A DNA stretch of 64,000 bases from a virus (IMGVR_UViG_3300031998_000001:269064-333063); one strand, 5' to 3'. Positions 19,113 through 30,341 are shown, counted from the stretch's first letter. Notes: a model not told the origin generated them from the letters alone. Numbers and translations: made by a program.

Positions 19113-20837
19113 ATGAAGATATTAAGTTCGGAGGAGTTCATAAGCGAAAGCATAAGTGTTGCAAACAATGTGGGCGACATCCGCTTCTGCAAACTTACGG
19201 AAATGAAGTTCTGTAGCCTTGAACTGCTTTTCAGGGACTACTTCAAGAGGCTTGCGAACATAGACGACAAGTTGCTTAACGACTGGAACTCCGTAATGTT
19301 CGAGAACTACTACAACGACAAGGTAGGGGATTGGAAAAGTCTGCCAGAAGTGTGCGGGTGTTCATACGAATTTGTTTCAACCGACAAGGGCGACAAGTAT
19401 GTGTTCACATACGACACAGGCAAGGAGATTTGGGTGTACCCCGTAGTTGAGGCTAATGGCAAGCCGAAGGACTACATAGAGGTCAATCCGAGTTTCCCCT
19501 ACCTTATGTTCGCGGTAAAAACAGGAAGCAATGTGGCAAGGCTTCCCAGACTCGGCAAGATGTTCGACCTCAATGACTACAACTATGGACGGACAACAAG
19601 CCGACCGCCCCTGCTGAAACCGAGTGAACTTTTCGCTATGCTCGACGAGCACACGGCAAACTGGGGTGTCGAGGGCAGGTTGAGAGGCACGGTTGCAGAA
19701 TGCAGGAAGATAGTGTCGGACTACTGGACGGACACCACGAAGTCGGAATATATCCACAGGCAAAGGCATTTCACCAAGACCATAAGGTACTACCACAACT
19801 CGGAGTTGGCACTTGAAGTCGAATCCGAAGCGTATGGGACGCTCTACAACATAAGCAGGTATGCCAGCAGGCTCGGCGACAACGCCGAGATATACAGGAA
19901 ACTGTTTGCCTTTGCGATGAGGTACGACATAGAGGACGCGCTGGCTGCCGACATACATCCAAGCACCGTCGGAATGGTCAACAAGAAGAACATTCGTGTC
20001 AACAACACAAGGTATATTGCACGCAACCTCCCGAAAGACGACTATGAACTCATAGATACATACAGGAACAAGCACGGGGAGGTATGCGAACACTGCGGCA
20101 AGGAGCATATTGTCAACATTATGGTGATAGAGAACCCGCAGGGTGAAGTGTTCCACGTCGGCAACGAGTGCGTATGGAGGCTTGTCAACATACCAGAGGA
20201 GGAGTTCGATGAATGGAATCAGCCGTTCACCGACGCATACAACGCAATCAACCTCTACAACAAGAACGAGAAGAACGGCATACACCAGTATTGGTTCATA
20301 TACGGTGACAACGCATACTTCGTATATTGTGACAGACCTTTCGACCAATATGACTTCCTCAACACCGACAAGGCGTATGACCACGAAAGGAAAGAGCCAG
20401 TCAAGACCAAGTTCAAGTGCAAGGAGTACACTGGCGTACACAACATCACAGGGGGTGAGTCGATAAACTATACAGGTGTGGAGTTCCTCAAAAGGATGCT
20501 TCCCGTGTACTACAAGCAAGCGGTGGTAATCGACCACAACATAATGGACATCGTTGATACCGTCACAAAGAGCAAGACAGAAAACTGGAAATACATAACA
20601 TATGACGGCTTCAAGTATAACATAGGCATATTTGACAGGCTGGAGATTGTCCCCGACAAATATGAATTCGGGAAGGAATATACATATAATGAGGGCGACC
20701 TGAAAGTGGAGGTTCGCACAATATCGGAGAACTGGGAAGAATACCCGTACTGGAAGGCTACTCTCGGCAACTGCAAGGTTGAAGTGTCATACACCTGCGA
20801 TGAACTCGAAGGCACACCCAACCCGTACCTGAAATAA
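19113..20837 (+). CDS. Hypothetical protein with Zn-binding motif
   Basis: 574 aa; CEHC...HVGNEC; N-terminus MKILSSEEFISES. Confidence 0.7.
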   Translation: MKILSSEEFISESISVANNVGDIRFCKLTEMKFCSLELLFRDYFKRLANIDDKLLNDWNSVMFENYYNDKVGDWKSLPEVCGCSYEFVSTDKGDKYVFTYDTGKEIWVYPVVEANGKPKDYIEVNPSFPYLMFAVKTGSNVARLPRLGKMFDLNDYNYGRTTSRPPLLKPSELFAMLDEHTANWGVEGRLRGTVAECRKIVSDYWTDTTKSEYIHRQRHFTKTIRYYHNSELALEVESEAYGTLYNISRYASRLGDNAEIYRKLFAFAMRYDIEDALAADIHPSTVGMVNKKNIRVNNTRYIARNLPKDDYELIDTYRNKHGEVCEHCGKEHIVNIMVIENPQGEVFHVGNECVWRLVNIPEEEFDEWNQPFTDAYNAINLYNKNEKNGIHQYWFIYGDNAYFVYCDRPFDQYDFLNTDKAYDHERKEPVKTKFKCKEYTGVHNITGGESINYTGVEFLKRMLPVYYKQAVVIDHNIMDIVDTVTKSKTENWKYITYDGFKYNIGIFDRLEIVPDKYEFGKEYTYNEGDLKVEVRTISENWEEYPYWKATLGNCKVEVSYTCDELEGTPNPYLK

Positions 20838-20848
20838 CAAGTGGAAAT

Positions 20849-22558
20849 ATGGCAAGGGCATACACGGAAGATGAATTGCAGATATTGCAGATTAAGGACC
20901 CGACCGTAAAGTTGGACGAACTCACCATACTCAACACGGAGAGCAAGGACGGGAAGGCTATACCGAAGGAGAACTCGACCACTGGCGAGGAAAGCCGTAT
21001 GTACGCCTTCATACCCTATGTAAAGTTGAACAACCAGTTCGTCATAGTCCAGACCAACATCTCGGAGTTCAGTTTGAGTTGCAACGGCTTCGCCCCGAAA
21101 CTCTATATGAAGATAACCGACACGAACAACCAGTTCGCGACAAAATACTATCCGAAGGAAGGCTCTGTCGTGAATGTCTATATAGCGTCAATGGGGGATG
21201 AAAAAAAGTACAAGCCGATAAGACTTGACTTCCTTATCACGGACTTCAGCGAGTCGTCAACATTTATGGGGGACGAGAGTTCTGGCAACATCTCGGAGTA
21301 TTCGCTTTCGGGCGTGCTCAACATACCCGAACTCATATACCTCAACAACCACTTCGAGAGCGGGACTACGAGGGACGCGCTGCTCAACATATCCGATGAG
21401 GTCGGGCTTGGCTTCGCCACCAACATAGAGGCTACGGACGACGCGCAGGTATGGCTCTGCGGGTACGACACACTCGAAAACTTCATAACCCACATAACGA
21501 AGCACGCATACATAGACAACGAGAGTTTCTTCACATCGTACATCGACTGGTACTACAACCTCAACCTCGTGGAGTGCAACCGCCTCTTCTATATGGAGGG
21601 GGGGAACGGCAAGGTCACGGTCTATAACACCAACCACTATGAGAGCGACGACTTCGACAACGACTACGAGGAGGCTAACGCGAAGGAGGAGATAGATGAC
21701 GCGGAAGCCGACAAGGTTGACCTCTGGAAAGGCGTGGAGAGGGAATGGGAGTACGAACTCACGAACAACATAGCGGTAAGGAACTGGTCTCTGTTCTTCG
21801 ACAACTACAGGATAGTGAGCGACAACAGCCGTTGCCTTTCGGACGGATATGTGAAATACTCCCAATGGTGGAACAACTCGACTTCGGAATGGAAGTCGGA
21901 CGAGATTGCCACCCCAGCGTTCGAGACGAGCGGGCTTATGCCACTTAACAGGGGAAGGCTCATAGACGACGAGCCGAGCGAACTCAACCAGAAACTGAAG
22001 GCTTATGTCAACGGCGGGATAAACGGGGACGACTGCAACGAGCACTATGTGTATTCGGAGGCGTTCAACGATATGTGCCTCGCGGATATGGACAAGTACG
22101 GACTTGAAATCGAACTTCCGTGCTTCAACCCCGCGATAACGAAGTTCAGCCGTGTCAAGATAAGCATATTCGAGCGCAACCCGATTGCGATAGACAACAT
22201 CATCGACCACCCAGAGGAAGAGGACGCGACCGCGCAGGGGAAGAACGGTGAGACGATATACCTCAAAGACCACCCAGAGTTCCAGAGCGACAACACTCCG
22301 AGCATCGGGGAGGAAAGCGTGGGCGGTATAGGAAGCAAGTTCCAGACCAAGCCTATGCAGTCGTCGGACGGGACGCTCTACGCTGGCAACGGGGAGATAC
22401 TCGTGGAAAGCCTTTCGGGATACTATGTCGTGACTGGCGTTGAACTCTATATGGGGTACGACAGCACGACATTGAGGGAGAGGGTGAAACTCCGCAGGAG
22501 GGAAGGCAGACCGCCGCTGCGCAGCGACTATGACAGCAAGGTTACTGGCAAGAGTTAG
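20849..22558 (+). CDS. Putative tail/baseplate hub-associated structural protein
   Basis: Acidic 569-aa ORF with C-terminal LSGYYVVTGV, adjacent to a gp25-like gene. Confidence 0.55.
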   Translation: MARAYTEDELQILQIKDPTVKLDELTILNTESKDGKAIPKENSTTGEESRMYAFIPYVKLNNQFVIVQTNISEFSLSCNGFAPKLYMKITDTNNQFATKYYPKEGSVVNVYIASMGDEKKYKPIRLDFLITDFSESSTFMGDESSGNISEYSLSGVLNIPELIYLNNHFESGTTRDALLNISDEVGLGFATNIEATDDAQVWLCGYDTLENFITHITKHAYIDNESFFTSYIDWYYNLNLVECNRLFYMEGGNGKVTVYNTNHYESDDFDNDYEEANAKEEIDDAEADKVDLWKGVEREWEYELTNNIAVRNWSLFFDNYRIVSDNSRCLSDGYVKYSQWWNNSTSEWKSDEIATPAFETSGLMPLNRGRLIDDEPSELNQKLKAYVNGGINGDDCNEHYVYSEAFNDMCLADMDKYGLEIELPCFNPAITKFSRVKISIFERNPIAIDNIIDHPEEEDATAQGKNGETIYLKDHPEFQSDNTPSIGEESVGGIGSKFQTKPMQSSDGTLYAGNGEILVESLSGYYVVTGVELYMGYDSTTLRERVKLRRREGRPPLRSDYDSKVTGKS

Positions 22559-22587
22559 AAACCCAATATATAACTTATAAATAATGT

Positions 22588-22968
22588 ATGAGTAAACTCG
22601 CTGAAATGTTCTGCATACCAGAGGGAAGCCCAAGATATTCCCCAAGCGCACTCGAAATCAGGAATGCGCTCGTGAACCTGTTGCAGAAAATCGAGATGTT
22701 GCTCTATACGGAGAAAGGGAGCGTGCTCTGCCTCCCAGACTACGGGGTGAACCTCGAAAAGTACATCTTCGAGTCCAATGTGAGCGGGGAGTACATACGG
22801 TCGGAAATAAAACTCCAGATAATGAAGTATGTTATGTCAAGGGACGACAGCCAGTACAATGTCGATGTGAAGGTTTCGTTCCACGAGAAGCCGAACTCGT
22901 CAATCGGGTATATGTGCATAGTTGACATATACATATCGAATACCCTTATGTCGAGTTACATATTCTGA
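22588..22968 (+). CDS. Baseplate wedge gp25/GpW-like protein
   Basis: LLYTEKGSVLCLPDYGVNLEKYIFE signature. Confidence 0.8.
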   Translation: MSKLAEMFCIPEGSPRYSPSALEIRNALVNLLQKIEMLLYTEKGSVLCLPDYGVNLEKYIFESNVSGEYIRSEIKLQIMKYVMSRDDSQYNVDVKVSFHEKPNSSIGYMCIVDIYISNTLMSSYIF

Positions 22969-22971
22969 CGG

Positions 22972-25900
22972 CTACACGACCTCGAACATACACCTGTCCG
23001 AGACATAGACATTCCCGTTCGTATCGCGAAGCACAAGTTTCACATTGTATCTTCCAGTGTCCCTGAAAAGGTGGTGGAAGTTCTTATGCGTGCTTGTTAT
23101 GACTGGGGTGTTCGGGTTGTCCAAGTTCCTGACCTCCCACCGAGGACAGCACTTGCCGTTTATCCTCGACATAGAGTAGTTGAGGTTTATGTCGGTGTTC
23201 TTCGGGACTGCCGTGTATGTGTTCATATATGTAGTGTCAATCCAAGACGGGTTGAAAATCCATTCGCTGAACCAACGCCTCATAATGCCGTATATCCCGC
23301 TTGCAACCGCAACGGACTCGACACGGCTGTTGCCGTCAACCGCCATAACCGTAACGGTGTCTCCGTGTGAAACAAACTGACCGCATATCGTCTCTCCGCT
23401 TCCAGCACCGTCATAAATCCACCACTCCCCAGCCTTTGCCGTGCGTCCAAGCCAGTCCGAAACGGAAACCTCCGAGTTCCCGAAACAGCCAGCGGGCTTC
23501 GGCAGCCTCCAGATACCGTCAGTCTGGACAGCCCTGTTGATTGTCGTGTTGACCGTAGCCTCCCGTATGCCCAAGTCAGTATGACGGGCGACCGCAATAA
23601 TCTCATAGCCAGTTTCGCCCAAGTCAGTGTCGGGGAAATCCGTCTGCTCGAACCTGTTGAACGGGGAGACATAATGGTACTCGAACTCGCTTATCACATC
23701 CTCCTCGCAGGCGTTGAGTGCGTTGACCACGAGCAGTATGTCGGGTGTCCCCTCGACAGCATCGGGGAATACGAAACGCCCGTAGCGGTTGTCGTCCGTA
23801 ATGACCTCAAGCATAGCCCTCGCGCCGCTCCAAGTCCGATTGCCCTCGCTGTCGAAGCCTCCGAGAGTGAAATGCGGGCGTATGTCCCCGCCTATCACGG
23901 TGGAGTTCCAGTCAAGGTGTTCAAGTCCGAGCCAGTTGATGTCCTTCACATTGTCCCAGAAGTATATGCCGTTCCAGTCCCCGTATGGCGAATTGCTCTC
24001 GTCCTGATTGAATGTATGGACGACCATACGCTCGTCGATGTCGTCCGAGTCGTAATACTCGCCAGCGAATGTCGCCCTGTCGAGGCTCTCGTATGTAGCC
24101 GTGTTCATATCGTCCCAAGTGGCGTTGCCCGCAATGAACGGGAAGTCCCACCCGAAGTCGGCACTGAACCAGTCGAGTTCGGAAACATCGCCCCAAGTTT
24201 CATAGACATCAGCCTTGTGCCTGAACCAGCCAGACACCTCCACATTCTTCGGAAGCACCTCCACGCACTCCGTCTTTATGCGCTCCGATATTGAGTTGTC
24301 GAAGCCCCTTATGAGGCAGCGCACGCTGTACTTGCCGACATAGGGCAGGAGTATGCCTATGTCCCCGTAGCCGTAGCGGAACTCTCCCGTAACGGAACAG
24401 AAGAACTCTGGCGAGCCGTCCTCCTCCTTCCATATCTCCCAAGTTATGCGCTGGTGGTTGGCGATATGGTTCTCGCACTCGTCCCAGATATAGTCGCCCA
24501 TATCCCACTGGACTGCGGAAGCGTCGTCCCAACTTGTCCCAAGCCCCGCGCACTGGAGGCGGACAAGCGCACCGACAAGCGCACCGTCGTTGTCTGGCAG
24601 ATGCTCGTTCATATCCGCCGAGAATTCGTTTGCACGGACGGAGTTGTACCGAAGGTTCGGATAGTAGTGGGAGAAGTTGGCTACATAGTAGTTGCCAGCC
24701 TTCTCGCCCTTGCCTATGAAGTATTCGTAGTAGTTCCAAGTACAGCCGTTGTGCGTGTCCTTCACATCATAGAGGGCTGGGTGACCGAGCAACGAAATCG
24801 GCTTGCCGTTGCGAAGCGTAACACCGTCTATCACGCACTCGTCGTCAAGCCCGTCAAGGTCGTCCTCGCTCTCCGCCACAATCGGCATAAGGACATTGCT
24901 CTCCTCGTCAAGCACATTGTAGTCCCTGACATACTCGTTGTAAATCTCCTCAAGCGTAACATCCCTGCTTGTCGGCTGGGATATGCTCTCGTTGAACACA
25001 TCGAACCTGCGCAAGTCCTCAAGATAGACATCCTCGTCGTCCGTAATGACATTGAAGTCGCACTCGCACCCGACAAATGTATCGAATGTCTTTCTGTCGC
25101 TCACATTAGTCCGCACCACATTATAGTCGAAGCCGAACATCTCCCCGACCATATCGACTATGTGGCAGTTGAGGGGGAGGAACTCCTTTTCGAGTTTCCT
25201 GCGGAAAGCATAGAGTTTTATCACAGCCTCCTCTATCGTGAAGGCGAACACCTCCTCCGTCTCTGGCAAGTCGTGCGCGGTGCGTCGGTATGCAGCCTTC
25301 CTAATCCTGTCTATGTCCCAAGCGAGCGTCATACGGTTGGTCTTGCGGAACTTCCTGCTCGGAAGCGTGATGTTCCGCCCGCCTGCCGAAACCCTCTCCC
25401 TGTCCACAAGGGAATAACTCGTGGCGATGAAGTAGTTGCCGTAGTCCTCGCTCGTGACATCCACATTCTTCCACCACTCCTTTATGTGTATGTTGTCATA
25501 GCCGAAGTACCTGATTACATTTATGAGGGACTTGTAAGAACCGATGTACGGATAGATGCTATGACCTTCCATAAGTATCTCCTTGCGCTTCTCGTTCATA
25601 AGGCGGTAGTCCACCTTCTGCTCCTTTATGTCGCTCTCCTTGAATATCTTGAAGTCATCGTTCGTTATCCCGTAGCCGAGATTGGCGCACATAACGGAAT
25701 ACCTTTCGTCCTCCTCTATGCTCTCCGCATAGACGCTTATCTCCGCAACCCTCGTGAATGTCTTTTCCGTACTGTTGAAATATACAAGCACGAGGTCGCG
25801 CCTGAAAGTATTGTACTTGCTCTCGGTGTTGCAGAAGCACAGGTCAACCGTGCTCGCCTCTGGAACAAGCCCGTCTATCTCGTAGTTGACATACTTGAGT

Positions 25901-26391
25901 TCACTTTCAAGGTCAGCACCGCTCACCCTGCAAACAGTTCGGGGGAGGCTGTCAATCCTGACCTCGCCCGTGAGTTCGATGTTCGGGCAGTCATACTCGT
26001 TGTACACAAGTGCGCTCGTGTCCTCTGGCGGACACTGGCTATGGTCGAAGCGGAACATATTTATCTCCCCGACCTCCGTGTTCGAGTCGTCCCACACCCA
26101 AGCGTAGTAGTCCCCGTCCGAACCGCCCGCCGAAAGCGACACCTTGCCGTACTCATAGACCTTGACACCGCCGACGAGGTGCTTCCCTATACCCTCGCCC
26201 TCGCTCTCGTAACTCATATGCCGTGTCGGATACTTCTGCATACAGAGTATCTTCTCCGTCTCGAACAGCCCGCGACTAACCTTGTCGATAAGCACAGTCC
26301 CCCTCCACACGCCGTCGGCATCCTGCTTCCAGCCGTAGTCGTGACCTCGCTTGTCCATAAACATCAAGTCGGAAAAACCCACATTCGCCAT
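22972..26391 (-). CDS. Large virion structural protein with PKD-like modules (baseplate/tail)
   Basis: About 1139 aa; W-D-rich spacers; GKYSVRC and GRYNVKL PKD-like strands; divergent TATAAATA motifs at 26401/26421. Confidence 0.65.
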   Translation of the reverse strand: MANVGFSDLMFMDKRGHDYGWKQDADGVWRGTVLIDKVSRGLFETEKILCMQKYPTRHMSYESEGEGIGKHLVGGVKVYEYGKVSLSAGGSDGDYYAWVWDDSNTEVGEINMFRFDHSQCPPEDTSALVYNEYDCPNIELTGEVRIDSLPRTVCRVSGADLESELKYVNYEIDGLVPEASTVDLCFCNTESKYNTFRRDLVLVYFNSTEKTFTRVAEISVYAESIEEDERYSVMCANLGYGITNDDFKIFKESDIKEQKVDYRLMNEKRKEILMEGHSIYPYIGSYKSLINVIRYFGYDNIHIKEWWKNVDVTSEDYGNYFIATSYSLVDRERVSAGGRNITLPSRKFRKTNRMTLAWDIDRIRKAAYRRTAHDLPETEEVFAFTIEEAVIKLYAFRRKLEKEFLPLNCHIVDMVGEMFGFDYNVVRTNVSDRKTFDTFVGCECDFNVITDDEDVYLEDLRRFDVFNESISQPTSRDVTLEEIYNEYVRDYNVLDEESNVLMPIVAESEDDLDGLDDECVIDGVTLRNGKPISLLGHPALYDVKDTHNGCTWNYYEYFIGKGEKAGNYYVANFSHYYPNLRYNSVRANEFSADMNEHLPDNDGALVGALVRLQCAGLGTSWDDASAVQWDMGDYIWDECENHIANHQRITWEIWKEEDGSPEFFCSVTGEFRYGYGDIGILLPYVGKYSVRCLIRGFDNSISERIKTECVEVLPKNVEVSGWFRHKADVYETWGDVSELDWFSADFGWDFPFIAGNATWDDMNTATYESLDRATFAGEYYDSDDIDERMVVHTFNQDESNSPYGDWNGIYFWDNVKDINWLGLEHLDWNSTVIGGDIRPHFTLGGFDSEGNRTWSGARAMLEVITDDNRYGRFVFPDAVEGTPDILLVVNALNACEEDVISEFEYHYVSPFNRFEQTDFPDTDLGETGYEIIAVARHTDLGIREATVNTTINRAVQTDGIWRLPKPAGCFGNSEVSVSDWLGRTAKAGEWWIYDGAGSGETICGQFVSHGDTVTVMAVDGNSRVESVAVASGIYGIMRRWFSEWIFNPSWIDTTYMNTYTAVPKNTDINLNYSMSRINGKCCPRWEVRNLDNPNTPVITSTHKNFHHLFRDTGRYNVKLVLRDTNGNVYVSDRCMFEVV

Positions 26392-26431
26392 AACTGCAAA
26401 TATAAATATTATATATAAGTTATTTATATCA

Positions 26432-26875
26432 ATGACAAAGACAATAGAACTTACAGTAGGCGAGATGGTACGCGCCTTCGCGAAGAACCATACATTCAAC
26501 GGCTTCGTGTACTACTGCGGGAACGGGATGTTCGCGGACTCGCTCACGGGAGACCCAAGAGTACCGAACTCGAAACCGCTTCTCTACACCCCGAAGTATG
26601 TAGTGCCAGAATCGGAGACGCGCATAAAGAGCGAACACGAGCATAACACTGGCTACCCCACCGACTATTCGTCATACGGGGACAAGGTATATACGGTAAA
26701 GTCCTTCGACCTGTTCTCGACCATAGACGAATACAACATAGAGAAACTCACGATAGTCGAGAAACTCCCGAAGGGATACACCCCCGAAAGATTCCCAGTG
26801 CTCGCGAAAGTCCTCGAACTCGCATACGCAGACGAGCCAGACTACAAGGTCGATGTCATAAAGGAATGGAAATAA
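26432..26875 (+). CDS. Hypothetical protein
   Basis: ORF after TATAAATA 26401. Confidence 0.7.
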   Translation: MTKTIELTVGEMVRAFAKNHTFNGFVYYCGNGMFADSLTGDPRVPNSKPLLYTPKYVVPESETRIKSEHEHNTGYPTDYSSYGDKVYTVKSFDLFSTIDEYNIEKLTIVEKLPKGYTPERFPVLAKVLELAYADEPDYKVDVIKEWK

Positions 26876-26892
26876 TAAAACACAATAACGAT

Positions 26893-27660
26893 ATGGTACA
26901 CATCAAGAGACTGAACGAAATGAACAAGTATCAAGCAGCAATGGTCAATATGCTCAATGCCTGCGATACTCTCCGCATAGGAAGCGCATCGCATACATTT
27001 GCCTGTGCATTCGGGAACGGCGACTGGGAGGATTTGCCAGAAACACACAGGCGGATTAGCGGTCAGTTGCGTTCTACCGTGGAGGGAGACGGAAGCATTG
27101 AGATTGAATGGGACTTGAACCTTGATACTGGCATAATCGCTGGCTGGGACAGCGGTCTTGTCGAGATATACTTCAAAGTAACCGATATGGGCGAGTATAT
27201 GCTTATGAAGGACGGCAAGCCCGTGTGTGAAGTTACGGGCGAGTATGTCCCGAAGTTCTTGCAGATAGAGGGAAAGAATACATACGGCGACTATATTTCG
27301 ATTATGATTGACGAGAACGGTCATATCAACGGCTGGAACGGCAACTTGAAGCGTCAGGTGTTTTCGTTCTTCCGCAAGTACGGGCGGTATGTCGGCGCAA
27401 AGGGAGTTTCCGAAAGCAGGGACGACAGCAGGTACTGCTATTTCAGCGAGCCGAGCATTTCGATGGAAGTCTATGTTCCAGAAACATTCGATGACGAGTT
27501 CAAGTCGCAGTTCGACGATATGGACAACAGGCAACTTTACAATGCCGTAAAGGAACTCTACGACCTTGTTGCTGGAGACCCGATGCCGAACAAGTACGAC
27601 AGGGACGAACTTCTCTCTTGGATTTACGAATATGCCTGTGAGATGCTTGAAAACGAATAG
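26893..27660 (+). CDS. Hypothetical protein with MVHIKRLNEM tag; shares a domain with 57743-58327
   Basis: IEWDLNLDTG...YVP.F...YGDYI...I.GW shared with ORF 57743. Confidence 0.7.
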   Translation: MVHIKRLNEMNKYQAAMVNMLNACDTLRIGSASHTFACAFGNGDWEDLPETHRRISGQLRSTVEGDGSIEIEWDLNLDTGIIAGWDSGLVEIYFKVTDMGEYMLMKDGKPVCEVTGEYVPKFLQIEGKNTYGDYISIMIDENGHINGWNGNLKRQVFSFFRKYGRYVGAKGVSESRDDSRYCYFSEPSISMEVYVPETFDDEFKSQFDDMDNRQLYNAVKELYDLVAGDPMPNKYDRDELLSWIYEYACEMLENE

Positions 27661-27664
27661 AGCA

Positions 27665-27988
27665 ATGATGGACTGCACAAATCTGACATTGCCCGTGAAC
27701 AACTACTGGGGCGGGCTTATCGAGAGCGGAAAGATAGACTGGGACTATCGGGAGGTGAAGCCGTACTGGATTTCGAGGATATGCTCCTGCGCATCTGGCA
27801 CGACCGATGTCCGCACCATAGCAGGCACAATCCGAAACTTCAAGACAGCCACATTCACCAACAGGCACAACGGTCACAAGTCCGTGTTCGAGATAAGGGG
27901 CATAGAGGTCGTGGACGGGACATTCTATGACTTCTTCCAGAACGGCGTGTTCTACTTCATAATAGGCATCGGCAGGAAGATACGGTGA
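27665..27988 (+). CDS. ASCH/PUA-like domain protein
   Basis: LTL...W...IESGK...YREVKPYWISR motif. Confidence 0.65.
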   Translation: MMDCTNLTLPVNNYWGGLIESGKIDWDYREVKPYWISRICSCASGTTDVRTIAGTIRNFKTATFTNRHNGHKSVFEIRGIEVVDGTFYDFFQNGVFYFIIGIGRKIR

Positions 27989-28012
27989 CGGCTCGATAGC
28001 CGACACACACAA

Positions 28013-28045
28013 AAAAAGGCGGTCTGCACGAGTCCGCCTTTTATT
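28013..28045 (+). terminator. Rho-independent terminator
   Basis: AAAAGGCGG...CCGCCTTTT. Confidence 0.7.
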
Positions 28046-28055
28046 TCGCACTTTT

Positions 28056-28086
28056 CTGAAATCATTATATATTCACTATATATTAG
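28056..28086 (+). promoter_or_regulatory. Class A promoter
   Basis: CTGAAAT-N14-TATATATTAG. Confidence 0.8.
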
Positions 28087-28116
28087 TAATGGAAGAAACA
28101 TTAAAATTTTAGTGAT

Positions 28117-28839
28117 ATGACAAGGATTTTAGACTTACAAGATGTCCTCTCGGCAGTACCGCCGAAAGCGACAGCCACCTACGCTCCGATAGAGCACGGT
28201 GTAATTCACGACAAGATTATCGAGTGCATAGGCAAGAACAACTTTTCGCTTGTCGATACATTCGCGAAAGGCAAGAACACGGACAGTTGCATAGTCAACT
28301 ACACGCTCGCGGACAAGGAACGCAACTATGACCTCTCGAACGAGATGGGCATCCGCATCGGCTGGAAGAACAGTTACAACAAGACCGTTTCGTTCGGCTT
28401 CGCAATCGGCTCGGAGGTGTTCATCTGCACCAACGGTATGGTGCGTGGCGAGTACACAATCAAGAAGCAGCACCGCCAGAGGGACTTGCAGAACTATGTC
28501 ACCGACCTCATTGAAGAGTATTTCGGCAACATCCGCGAGACGCACAACGCGAATGTCGAACTCGCAAAGCACCTTATGGGCAAGGAGGTGTTCGAGGACG
28601 ATGCCCGCGAGATAATCGGACAGTTGTTCATAGACAACAAGATACTCAACACGAAGCAGTTGAGGGTTATGTCGAACGAACTCTACCACTCCACCAAGTT
28701 CCACAACTTCAACGAGTGCGAGACGATAACCGCGTGGGACTTGTACAACCACGGCACGACCGCCCTGAAGTCGTCAGCGGTCGTCAACGACTTCTCGAAG
28801 CACGAGGACTACAACAACTTCTTCATTAAAAAATTCTAA
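28117..28839 (+). CDS. DUF932-like protein
   Basis: NSYN...G..VFICTNGM and TAWDLYN.GT motifs. Confidence 0.7.
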   Translation: MTRILDLQDVLSAVPPKATATYAPIEHGVIHDKIIECIGKNNFSLVDTFAKGKNTDSCIVNYTLADKERNYDLSNEMGIRIGWKNSYNKTVSFGFAIGSEVFICTNGMVRGEYTIKKQHRQRDLQNYVTDLIEEYFGNIRETHNANVELAKHLMGKEVFEDDAREIIGQLFIDNKILNTKQLRVMSNELYHSTKFHNFNECETITAWDLYNHGTTALKSSAVVNDFSKHEDYNNFFIKKF

Positions 28840-28846
28840 CAAAAAT

Positions 28847-28877
28847 CTGAAATGAGAAGAACATTCCCATATATTAG
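28847..28877 (+). promoter_or_regulatory. Class A promoter
   Basis: CTGAAAT-N14-CATATATTAG. Confidence 0.75.
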
Positions 28878-28918
28878 TGATGGAAAGAAAAACAATTAAC
28901 AACTAAAAAAATTAGGTT

Positions 28919-29407
28919 ATGACACTTTACGAATTACAACAGGAACAGTTGGAGTTGAACGCACTCCTCGAAGAAAACGGCGGTGAACTTACACCAGAAC
29001 TGGAAGAACGCCTTATGATACACGACTACGATGTCCAGCAGAAGATGGAATCGTACTGCAAGGCAATCAAGCAGTATGAAGCCGACATCGAAGGTTTCAA
29101 GGGCGAAATCGAACGCCTGAAAGCCCGCAAGGACTCGGCTGACAAGGCAATCGAGAGAATGAAGTCCGCAATGGTCAATGCAATGACCACTTTCGGATTG
29201 AGCAAGGTCGAAGCAGGAACATTCAAGATTGGCACTCGCAAGAGCCAGTCCCTCGAAGTCCTCGACGAATCGCTCGTTCCAGACAAGTTCAAGAACGAAG
29301 TCGTTACAATCAAGGTTGACAAGAACGCCATCAAGGACGCTATGAAGGCTGGCGAGGAAGTCAACGGCGTAAAACTCAACGACAACACGAGCATCTCAAT
29401 CAAGTAG
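28919..29407 (+). CDS. Siphovirus Gp157-family protein
   Basis: MTLYEL start, coiled coil, C-terminal VDKNAIKDAMKAGEEVNGV. Confidence 0.85.
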   Translation: MTLYELQQEQLELNALLEENGGELTPELEERLMIHDYDVQQKMESYCKAIKQYEADIEGFKGEIERLKARKDSADKAIERMKSAMVNAMTTFGLSKVEAGTFKIGTRKSQSLEVLDESLVPDKFKNEVVTIKVDKNAIKDAMKAGEEVNGVKLNDNTSISIK

Positions 29408-29492
29408 CACTCAACACCCAACATTCATAATTTTACATTTAGGTTTGACGGAATGGTGGAAACGCCATTCCGTTTTTAAAGAAAAAAAAAAG

Positions 29493-30341
29493 ATGGACAC
29501 CAACGACATAACGCCAGTAGAATACATAGACGGTATATATGTCAAGCGGGAAGACCTGTTCAAGCCGTACTCGTTCTCGAACGCAAACGGGAGCAAGTTG
29601 AGGCAGTGCATACTTCTTGTCGAAAAGAACATCGGCAGGGCGAAGAACGGTGTTGTAACTGGAACTTCGGTGGTTTCCCCGCAGTCGGTCATCTGCGCAA
29701 GCGTGGCAAAGGCTATGGGAATACCCTGCACGATAATATACGGGGGGACTAACGAGCAGTCTCTGGCGAAGAAAGCATATCCTACGCTCGCAAAGGAAAT
29801 CGGGGCGAACATCGTAATCGGAGGCAAGTTGGGCTACACATCCGTATTGCAGGCGAAGGCTACCGAATACGCGGAGAAGAACGATGCGTTCCAGATAAGA
29901 TACGGCTTCGACCTGATTGACAACTTGGATGTGTTCGTCGAAAGCGTCGCAAGGCAGGTCGAGAACATACCAGATGTCGATAATGTTGTCATCACGACGG
30001 GAAGCGCAATAACCCTCATCGGCTTGCTCTACGGCATAGCACTCCACAAGAAGAACATAAGGAATGTGTATGCCTATGCAATCGCGCCGAACCGCGAGGA
30101 AAAGATACGCGAGTTCAGAAACCTGATTTACATCAGGGACGACATCGCCCTGCCGACAGACAAATTGAGGTACATCGATTATTTCGCGGAAGTCGGATAC
30201 AACTACAACAAGGGCGTAAACGAAAAGATTGGCGATGTCATCCTGCATCCGAAATACGAGGCTAAAACATACCGCTGGCTGAAACAGGCTGGACTGGAAG
30301 GCTCTACGCTGTTCTGGATTGTCGGCGGGGACATAATATAA
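29493..30341 (+). CDS. PLP-dependent enzyme (fold type II, ACC deaminase/D-Cys desulfhydrase-like)
   Basis: TPVE...YVKREDL...NGSKLRQC, TGSAIT, HPKYEAK, LFWIVG. Confidence 0.8.
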   Translation: MDTNDITPVEYIDGIYVKREDLFKPYSFSNANGSKLRQCILLVEKNIGRAKNGVVTGTSVVSPQSVICASVAKAMGIPCTIIYGGTNEQSLAKKAYPTLAKEIGANIVIGGKLGYTSVLQAKATEYAEKNDAFQIRYGFDLIDNLDVFVESVARQVENIPDVDNVVITTGSAITLIGLLYGIALHKKNIRNVYAYAIAPNREEKIREFRNLIYIRDDIALPTDKLRYIDYFAEVGYNYNKGVNEKIGDVILHPKYEAKTYRWLKQAGLEGSTLFWIVGGDII